The notes under the pieces are model-generated. The model was given only the letters and a program-made list of their open reading frames with translations, did not search any database and was not told the origin of the DNA. DNA of 26,426 nucleotides, taken from positions 1-26,426 of the IMG/VR virus record IMGVR_UViG_3300042485_004207, one strand, 5' to 3'. Below, piece after piece: positions 8,763 to 19,300 of this stretch. A program made the position numbers and the translations under genes. Each line of letters begins with the position of its first letter. Positions within the stretch are counted from its first letter, which is position 1. This stretch comes from a virus (lineage: Duplodnaviria > Caudoviricetes).

Positions 8763-10331
8763 TTAGAATTCCAGGATAATTTTAATGTCTTCTTTTTGTC
8801 TAACATTACGAGTTACAAGAGGTCTATTGTCAATATAAATTATGTCTCCTGTTTTTTTATTTATTTCTGGATTTGCAAGACCATTTGTAAATGTTACTCC
8901 AAGATTTATGATTGAATTGTTTACTGTGGTTGTAATTCCAGAGAAGGAAGAAACTTGTCCAGAAAATCCACTTGTCTCACCAACCACATTTCCACCGGTA
9001 TAACTAAAATTAATATTTGCATTTGCCGATGTAGAAACTCCCACATAATCGGTTTGATCGTGTGTAGAACCATAGTATAAAGACCTGTCTCTAAAATATT
9101 TTAGAACCTTAGTGTCTGAATCATATGATGCAACATATCCTACGGCAATTCCGGTAGAAACTGTTTGATTAATTTTTTCACCAACTTCAGGTAAAAATGA
9201 ATTGACAGAATCAAATTTAATTGCATATAATCCAGAAAACTCACCACTACTAAAAGTTTCTGTGGATATAAATTTTGTTGGATTTTTTAAAATTCCAATC
9301 TGACAAAATTTTGTATTTGTTGGGAAGTCTCTAGTAGAATCATCAAATCTTGCGTATATCATTACCCTATCAGCACCCAATTCTTTATATAAATCAAATC
9401 CATGCCCTCTAGATGGCGGTATAATGGGGATTAATTTTGCTGGGTTACTGATAGTGCCTCCTGGTTGTAGAGGACCCAGATCGACGATTCCATATGTGTA
9501 TCCTGTGCCTCCAGATGTTACTGTCGTATCTATGATTTCTCCATTAGCATTTGTCTCCACAAATACTCTTCCACCAGTTCCATTTCCCAGAATATCAACT
9601 TCTCCAGATGTGTAATTTGAACCAGTATTATCAATATAAACAGTCTTAATCTGATTATTGTTTATTGATGAATCGCCATTTTCTCTCACCGCAACAATTT
9701 GAGAATCTGTAGACGTTTCCCAATTATTTGGCAAAGTTACATATTCTGTAGAATCGAATTTTACAATATCTGCTGGAGAAACTGTAAATAAGTATTTCCA
9801 AACATACCCATCTTCTCCAGTTCCTGCTATTGTTGGCTCTAAATCTGTAGTTGTTGGCTCATATTGTGATTGATTACCAGTCGTATTAATTCCACTTGAC
9901 CCATTTTCTATACAAATATAAACATTGTAATCACTATTCAACACATAATATTCTGAGTCATAAAGTCTAGCTCTTCTTGACACCGGAGAAAGATTGTCTA
10001 CGCTATAATCATGCCTATACATGTCATATTTTTTACCTCTCTCCCAGTCAACTCTTTTAACTACTCTTCTTATATTTGAAGAAGTAACTTTTTTCCCAAA
10101 AAGAAGAGTATCTTCATATTGAGTCAAATAGTCTAAATTATCTGTAGGATTTGGAATTACACCATTTGTTATTCCTGGTCCATCCCAATTCACATTTCTA
10201 CCAAATCCAGTATAAATGTTTGGGTTAGTAAGACCAACCCAAACATAATAAGAATTAGAAGAATCATCAATCGATTCTATAAAATTACTAGCATTTAAAA
10301 TTCTGAATTGATCTGTTACAAGTGCAGACAT
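8763..10331 (-). CDS. gp8: Baseplate wedge subunit gp8, 522 aa
   Basis: Motifs RRVVKRVDW...YDMYRHDYS, YVLNSDYNVYICIENG, DGYVWKYLF and a C-terminal GDIIYIDNR..R...QKEDIKIILEF; synteny after gp6/gp7. Confidence 0.88.
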   Translation of the reverse strand: MSALVTDQFRILNASNFIESIDDSSNSYYVWVGLTNPNIYTGFGRNVNWDGPGITNGVIPNPTDNLDYLTQYEDTLLFGKKVTSSNIRRVVKRVDWERGKKYDMYRHDYSVDNLSPVSRRARLYDSEYYVLNSDYNVYICIENGSSGINTTGNQSQYEPTTTDLEPTIAGTGEDGYVWKYLFTVSPADIVKFDSTEYVTLPNNWETSTDSQIVAVRENGDSSINNNQIKTVYIDNTGSNYTSGEVDILGNGTGGRVFVETNANGEIIDTTVTSGGTGYTYGIVDLGPLQPGGTISNPAKLIPIIPPSRGHGFDLYKELGADRVMIYARFDDSTRDFPTNTKFCQIGILKNPTKFISTETFSSGEFSGLYAIKFDSVNSFLPEVGEKINQTVSTGIAVGYVASYDSDTKVLKYFRDRSLYYGSTHDQTDYVGVSTSANANINFSYTGGNVVGETSGFSGQVSSFSGITTTVNNSIINLGVTFTNGLANPEINKKTGDIIYIDNRPLVTRNVRQKEDIKIILEF

Positions 10332-10351
10332 CTATATAATTCTTTTTTTTA

Positions 10352-10359
10352 TATTTATA
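10352..10359 (-). promoter_or_regulatory. T4-type late promoter TATAAATA upstream of gp8
   Basis: Exact consensus in the 33-nt gp7-gp8 intergenic gap, about 20 nt before the ATG. Confidence 0.85.
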
Positions 10360-10364
10360 TTGAG

Positions 10365-13300
10365 TTAGAGATCCTTTTTCAAAGATCCATTGCTTCTTAA
10401 CCCATATCCTCTTCTCTGAATGATTGGATATGTGGAGAGCCCAGCATTGTATCCAAGAGTGGTTATTCCAACACTTGAAGTATATCCACTAACTCCTATC
10501 GAAATTGGAGAAGTTGATCTAGAAAATCCAGATAGTCTTCCCCAGGTTAATCTTCCAACAGGATAGTCTAAGGTGCCGGTGGTTGCTATTCCGACCACAG
10601 ATGTATTCGATGCAATGTTGCAAGTTATAATTCCTATTGCAGAGTTAATTGCATGAATTTTATAAACGTTATTTAAGAATGATGTGCTTATAGCAACAAT
10701 GTCCGTATCATTTGTATTAATTGATGTAACTCCTTGCCCAACAAAAGTTTCGGAAATGTAAATGGGATATCCGGATTGTAAATCTGGGAAAGAGAATGGG
10801 TCTCTATCTAAAGTAAACTCAAGTGCCAGTGAGGTTCCAACTCCATTTGTTGTTGCAATTCCAATAATGGACACAGAATATCCTTCTACATCAGAAATGT
10901 CAGTAATTATTTCATATTCTTCTGCAGAATCATTTGAAAAAATAATTGCATCAAAGTTAATTGGTGATGCATTTTCATAATTAAATAAACTGCTATCATC
11001 AACAAATACTTCACTTGCTGCAGCATTTAAATTTCCTATAATATTTGCCGTTGGATAAATTTGAGATTCTAAGGAATCTCTTGACTTAGAAATTTTTTCG
11101 CCATTAAGTATTAAATCGGTTTTTTGTTTAGTCCAATATAGGGGTTTATTGTTAACTTCATCGATTCCTTGATTGACATAAAGATTTGTTTCAACCTTAT
11201 CAGATCCAGAAATATCGTAAATTACTCTTTTTTCCTGCGTGGTTGTATTTTCAATATTTGAATTATTGCTAAAAATTTGCACCGTATCTCCAACCTTAAT
11301 CGTTTCTACTGTATTAACTTGAAGAGTATCCTCACCTCTAGTTCCACGGTAGAAGAATATTGCTATGTTATCTTCTGGTTCTGGGGCTACTGAGAATGTA
11401 AATGAAGTTCCTCCACTAAACTGATATGAAACTCCTGGTTCTTGCAAGACACCATTTATAAAAATAAGTAAAACAGAGTCCAAATCAATTAACTGAGAAT
11501 CTGGGTCATTTTCATCAATTTCAAAACTAAGTAATTCAGAATTATAGAAAAGTGGGAATCTTGTTCTAATTCCATCTTGGTATACACTAACAGAATCTAT
11601 GTAATCCAATTCCCCAAACTGCCAAGAAGAGAATGAGTCTGTAAAAACATCCAAAACAGTTAATTCAAATTCACTGATTGGAGAAGGAAGACCCTTAGCA
11701 GTTACTAATCCTACAGGTTTAAATACATCTCCAATTCTAAAGGAGTATCCATTTCTAGTGACTTTAAAAGTTTTGACTTCAAATAAGGTAGATCCAATTC
11801 CGGTAGTAGAGCTAGATCCAACCTCGATATTTAAAAGTAACCCAATTCCAGTGTCTGTTGTAGCACCCACTCCAAGTCTAGAAACTCCAGTTACGGGTAA
11901 ATTTTCATAGGATGGAGAAGAAACATTTATTGTTGGATTGGTGTATCCTGTGCCAGCACTAACAACATTAAATGATAAAGTTCCTCCGGCGCCAACGTTT
12001 GCGGTTATAACGGCTCCTGTGCCTATATGACCACTTTCAGTGACCGCTACAGAAACAGGATATCGATATCCAGATCCAATAATATCCATAGTTCCAATTC
12101 CAATTGCAACTATAGTTCCTCCAGCACCAACAACTGCAGTAACGGAAGCTCCTACAAGAGGTGCTATTCCCAATCCTCCAGTAGATCCAAGAGATACAAT
12201 TACACCTCCACGAGGAAGTTGATTTTGATTGATGTCATATTCTGATGTAAATATGCTGTTATTAGAGGATGTTATTCCCGTAAAGGTAATACTAGTAATT
12301 CCCAAATTCTCTGTTATAATATAATTATTTGAAGAATTATTGAGTGTTGTGGGGGATTGGAAAATATTGTTAATGAAAACAATTCCATTTCCACCAGAAG
12401 TGCCCAATCCAACTGTGTTTATTCCTTGAGAAGTTAGTATAAAAGTCTGACCAATTCCAGTAAACTGACTTGAAATATCATCATAAATTTGATTGGTGCT
12501 ATAATCTTCTCTTAAAAATACTCTTCCACTAAAAGATGCTCTTTCTCTAGGCAAGTTAGATTCGCTAGGACCGAGCAAATCAAGAGAGTTTCCTCTGGGA
12601 GCCTCCGTAAAGAAAATTTTATTCTCCGAAATATTGTAAGATCCTCTATAAATTCTGGCAATAGAAGTATCTGTGTGTAAACCTGCTGTAGATCCAACAA
12701 ATCCACGGGTAACTTCTACAAGAGAAATTCCCCCACTAAATGTGATAGGACCAGTATTTGTTGTGCCCAATCCAACATTTTCTATTCTCATGTATTCTTC
12801 ATCAATTTTTAATATATCGGTTGGGGTAATAGAACTAATTCCACTCAAAGCAAAAATTGTAGATGCCGTTCCGATTTGCCCGCCATTCCCGGACAACGTA
12901 TGAGTTATAGAAGAATATGCTAAGGGACTTTGTACAACATCATTGATTGAAATTATTGATTTTTCATTCTTTTTATACATTTCTAGTTGGTGAGCATTTC
13001 CTAAACCAACAGATGTAAATGTCACTCCAATTCCTTGAGTTGCATACTCTTTTCTTGTAGAAATTCTAAATGAATCATTACTATCTTTTATCGCATATAC
13101 AACAGTGGGTAATATTGTTGTAACGACACCGACATAATTCGTTGTTGCCCCAATTCCCATTGCGGAAGTCCCAATTCCAATAAAAGTGGATTTTGGAGTA
13201 TAAATCAATTGTTCGCCGGTGTTAAAAAAGTGATTTGGAATTGTAAATATGCCTGTTGCCAAATTTAAAACATCAGTATCTGATGGATTAAATGTTTTCA

Positions 13301-16300
13301 TAAAGATTGGCGTGCCCTCATATTCTGCTTCAAAGTCATATTTGTTTATATTTGGTGAATTTGCTCCGTAATATTTTACAGATGTGACAGTTTGCTCAAC
13401 TGGACTATAAGTGAGAGCGGGTGGAATATTAACGGTGTCTAAATCCGTATAGAAATTTTCGCTAAACGAAAGTATTTCTAAGTTACCAGAAATTGAGGGA
13501 TCTGCATAGAATTTAACTATAAAGTTATTTCCAGAAATTTCTGCTCCAAATGTTCCTATTCCGGAAGTACTTCCGATTGATAAGAATGGATATTGGACTG
13601 AGTATGCATCACTTCCATCATTGATTGCCATTATTTGGTGTAGTGAACTTGTTTGACCAAATCCAACTTTAATTGTGGATTTTGATGATGTAAACAAAGA
13701 TCTATCTAAGACCAAAATACTGGTAGATCCTGAGGAAATGTTATTGAATTGTGATTGGAAAATTACCGTTCTTTCCGCTCCATCAGATTGCCCAGCAAGT
13801 TTAAATCTATAAGTTCCTACACCAACAGCAGTGGTACCAAACCCAACATTTTTTGTTCTAACTGTTATATTTTCTGCTGAAGTATTTGTATAGTTTAATG
13901 ATAAAATTCCACCACTAATAGATGCTCCAAACGATCCAATAAATCCTGAGCTAGTTTCGGTTAAGTTATCATCAAAATAATATTCACTAATATAAGTATT
14001 GCTTCCGTCATGAGTTAAATATACTTCAACATAATTCATGTCAGATCTATCACTATTTAAAACATGAATATTGGAATAAATTGCAGAATATTTGGAAGAG
14101 TCTAAACTAAAAATAGACGTTGTTATTCCGCTGGAGACAATTTTATTTGCTGCTATTAAATCTACAAATCCAACAGACTGAGTAGTTCCGATGCCAGCTT
14201 TAGAAATAAAAGTATCTTGTAAGATTTTAATATCAAAATCTGAATTAATAGTATCCTCTGGATTAAATTTTAAGTAGAAATTTGATGTGATATCTGCATA
14301 TCCTTCAATATCGACGATTACATCTTCATCATTAAGAGTATTTAACTCCGCTTTTTGTAGTGTAAAAATATTTTGGTCATCATTAATTGTTATGATTTCA
14401 TTAAATTGCACTTCATTGGTAAAAATGTTACGAGTTTGAACTAAAAATCTATTGTAATTATTTCCAGAATTAATTTGAAATATATTAGAAACCTCAGATG
14501 GTTCGTCATTTTCGCTTGAGAATTGAGAACTTATGTCGTCAATTTTCAAAACTCTGTTTGTTTTACATAGAATATAGTCGGTAAGAGAAATATTATTAAA
14601 TTTGATAAATTTTGATTTACTATCCAGTGTGTCCACATCAATAACTAAATCTAAGTTATTAATGGTGTCTACCCTATTATCACTTTCAAAGATATTCAAT
14701 AATGTCAATGGAGATTCGGTAGTTCCTATTCCAGATTGAACACTTTGTAGAATTTGAGTATCAGCAAAATTTTTCATTCCGCTGATATGTAATAGATTAT
14801 TGACCGGAGTTACAATATCTTCCCAGGTTTTACTACTCTTTACGGAATAAGATAGATTTTGATAGTAATCGTTGTCTGGTGTTACTTGATAATTCTCACT
14901 GAGTTTTCCTGTTTCAGACTTCCATCCAAACTTTTGTAAGTTAAAATAATCAACATCATAATATCCATCAACAACTTTAACAGAGTCAATAGTTGCTTCG
15001 TTAGAAGATTCCAATCCTCTAATTTTTTCTCCAGAAGAAAGATTGTAATTGCCAGATACTCTTACAAAATTTTCATCACAACTAACTACAATTAAATCTC
15101 TGATTGCAAATCCATTTCCACTATCCGATGATAATCCTTCTCCAATTTGGAAGGGTGAGAATCTTTGTATAACTTCGAATTCTGGATAACTATTAAAATT
15201 AATGATTGTTGCATAAGATTCTTGAATTGTTTTAGCAATTCCGGGATTTGTAGTTAATCCGGAGAGGCTAAATGTTAACTTAGCAGGATTAATATTTTGG
15301 AAGTTAGTAATTGTAAAGAATTGATATCCATAATCAGATGAATTAAATCCATCTCCATCAGATCCACTTTTTTGAATCCCCTCAACGAAAATTTTGTCTC
15401 CCGAAGAAAATGGAGCAGAGGTAAATCCAGCTAATGGTGTTGTTAAGATGCAAGTAACTATGCCAGAGGATGATTGAATCGTATCAATTGAAATGCCATT
15501 AGAGTTGTTTATCGCTCTAATTGTAACTGGTTTAATCGGAAGACCTTTTGGATCATTTTCAACCGTTACGGATGCAATCGAAGACCCAGACAGATTTGCT
15601 CTAAGTAAACCAGAATCAATTAAATCTCCATTATCTGTATTAACACAAATTAAATCTGGAGCCGAGGTGTAATTTTGTCCTCCATTTAATACGTTTACGC
15701 TTTCAATTGTATTAGAAGCCGATATATAAGCAAACTTTGGTATAGAAGCGGATGGTCTAAGAGTTTTATCTGATGCATATTCAAATCCCTCATTAATAAT
15801 TCTACTTTGTTTAATTTTTCCAATTGTTGTTGAGACGGGAACGATAAAGGCACCTGTTCCATTATCAGATTCAACTTCATTGAATATTGGAAGAGATGTG
15901 TATGAATATCCTCCCGACAAAAGATTCACTCGGTGGATACCTCCAACTTCTGTTAAAGAAGATGTTGAATATTCAAGAATCTCACAATCCTCTCTGCTAT
16001 AATAAGTATTCTCTGGAATTTGTTTTAGAGATACTGTAAAAGTTGTGCTTCCAACACTGATAATATTGTAACTTCCATCATACAAACTACCTTCAAATAC
16101 TATTTCGGAATAATTTGTAACATCTGTATCGGCAGTGCTAATGTAACCAGATTTTTCCAGATTATAATAGAGTTTTTCTGGAACACCATCAGAATAATTT
16201 AAAGTTAGTGTGGATGTTGAAGACAATCCAATAGTTCCAACCCCAATTACGGAGAGAGAACTGGTGTTTGCTATAGAAACAAATTCCTTTTCAAAGTCTT

Positions 16301-19300
16301 GGTCATAATAAATTTTAAAATCATATCCCAGTAGTGAAGAGTCTGAAAGATTAAAAACTAAGTTATTGTTTTTAATAACTTTGATTTGGGGGTTGACAAG
16401 ACTAATCTTTTGATTTCCGGCACCAGTTCCACCAATTGAAACTGTGGTTGGTGGAGAATTAAAAGAATCTGATAATGTGTCACATAACTTTATGTTATTT
16501 TCATCGACTCTATATGCAAAATAATTTCCGGTGGTTAATCCCGTTGGTAATGTTCCCAAAGATTCATATAAAATTTTATCTCCAGTGCTTAAGTTATGAG
16601 AATTTATTGAAATAGAATTTGTTAAAGTATTGATTCCAGTTGAATTAAAAATTAGTGGATTTATTACTATTTTTTGAGTTAATGGATCTAATCTAACGTG
16701 TATTGAAGTAGAAGTGCCAATACCAACCGATATATCAGGTTTAACTTCCAGAGACACTTCGTCTCCAATTTGCAATTGGTGAGATGTTGATACTGAAACA
16801 ACTGAAGTTATTCTGTCAATTTTTGCTCTAACTTGTGGTAAATTTGATTCTACGGAATAATGATAATCATTTGTGCCAGGGGAGAGGAAAAATAATCCAC
16901 CCGTAGTCGTAAGTCCAACAGATGTTACAATTCCAATGTAATCTTTTGATTTGTTAATGGCATAAAAAATCTCAGAAGTTCCACTCAATATATTAAATGA
17001 AGTCCCCCCGGACGTATTTGAAACTGCCAGAGCACTGCCACCAGAAGGTTTTCTTAAAATAATTTGTTGATTAGTCTTAAATGGATGATTGGGTAAAAAT
17101 ATACTTTGCGTAGGAATAAAAGCACTATATGTGGTGATTCCAATTCTATAATTTACATTTTTTCCAGATCCTGGAGTAGTTCCAACACCGACAGACTCCG
17201 TTGGATTAAAGTATATTTTTGAATTATTTTGAGAGTCAAAATAATTTGTTTGTCTATTTACTGTAAACGAGTCGGGAAGAAAATATACCGGTGTTGTTTG
17301 GGTGTGAGCAACACCAGCACTAGATCTGTCTACTCTTACAATACCAAAATTTGAATAGACGTTTAGGATGGAAAAAATTTCATTCTCTATTTGAATACTG
17401 CTTCCGATTGAAATGTTTTCGGGAATAGACGTTAAATAGATATCGGTAACAATTCCGGTTGCAGCAAAGTTTGGTATATCCTTGTCAACAATTGACGTAT
17501 ATGTGGTTAGACCTATTTGGTAAGAACCATTTAAATTGGAAACCTGAGTAGATAATCCAGATATATTAATATTATCTTGATTTTTAAAAATGTGATATGG
17601 AGAAATATAAACTTTTACCTGACTTCCCCCTTGCCATTCGATAAGAGAATCATTGTAGGAGTCAATTGTGGTATTAATATTAACAATATCTCTTCCAGTT
17701 ATTCTGGATACCTCTGCACTAATGCCACCACCACCACTCTTGGTATCATCAAAAATTATTGAATCTCCCACGGCATAGTCTGATCCAGATTTGATAACTT
17801 CGAGTCCAGATACACTTCCCGAAGACACAGATTCTACTAAAGTCTTTTGTTCTATTATCTCATTTGATTCTGTAATAAAATCATTGTCTGCATATTGGTC
17901 ATTTACTTTGTAAGGTAGAGTATTTCTTAATAGTTTGGAATTATTGAAGTCAAATGATTGGTCTAAATTAATATTTTCTTCTAGATATGCAGATCTATAT
18001 TCATTTCCAATAAAGTAAGGAAATTTACTTACAATTTCTCCATCAATGTTACTTTCTGTAGTAGCAAAATAAGCATAGACACCTTCGGGGAAATCTTTAG
18101 TTTTTCCAAATCTACCATTGTATTGGTCTAAATCTCCGCTTCCAGTGTATTTGTAATCCTCAACAAAATAACCATATGGAAAATCGGCGGTTGACGGTCT
18201 ATTTTCTACATCTATTAAAGAATATCCTGGTTGTAGTTGTTTTATAGTAGAGTTAATATTATTTGGATCAGTATATCCGAAAGATCCATAGATTGGATTT
18301 CCATCATATGCCCAACCAATAATGTCAGAATGTTGTCCAGATAGGTCTCCACTATCATTAAGATTTGTTTTTATATTTTGTGAATATCCGAGAACTGCAT
18401 ATTGCAACCCATCACCATCTTCAACCAATACTTCGCTCGATGGATTTCTATAAAATTCATTTTGAATTCCATACTTATAGGAATTATTGAGAGTAAGTGA
18501 TCTAACATTTACTCTTAACACCTCATTTTTTCCTGCAGGAACAACTTTAATTGTGGTGTTTGTTGCTGTATATCCTGTGCCGGGATTTACAACAATTACA
18601 TCTGTTATTCTATTATCAGAAATTACCGGTCTAACGATAGCACCTACTCCACTACCATTGATAACTAAGTCTGGAGTAGAATAATATTCTAATCCTCCAT
18701 ACAATACTTGTACATCAGTTATTCTTCCATTTGTAATTGTAGGTCTGAGTTGGGCATTTTTTCCATTCTTAATAATAACTTGAGGTCTTTTATGAACGTT
18801 TAATGTTGTTGTTCCATAATCGCTGCCTTTATCGTAAACATAAACTTCAGAAATTTTTCCTCTAATAACCGGAATGGCATTGATAACTCCTCTAACTTGA
18901 GTACTTCCTAATCCAACAGAAGAGTATTCAACAGATAGTGAAATATTTGGATACTTAAATATCTGATAACCACTTCCAGTTGAAGCAAACTTTACATATT
19001 TTTTTCTTTGATAGTTTGAAATATCTGTGCCACCTATTCCTGCATTACAAAGTCTAAATGTATCTGAGTCAACTTTTAAAACAATATAATTATTGGATGT
19101 TGATAGCCCAGAAATAGAAGACGTTTCGTAATCATAAGAAACAATTTCACCATCACCAAATCCGTGATTTTTAAAAGTAACTGTATTATTATACGTGGAT
19201 ATTCCTGTTTGCGATACTCTCAGAGTTCTATTTGCATATCCCGATCCCTTGTTAATTACGGAAATTCCAGTAAGTCTATTTTTTGGTTCGGTTTTAAACT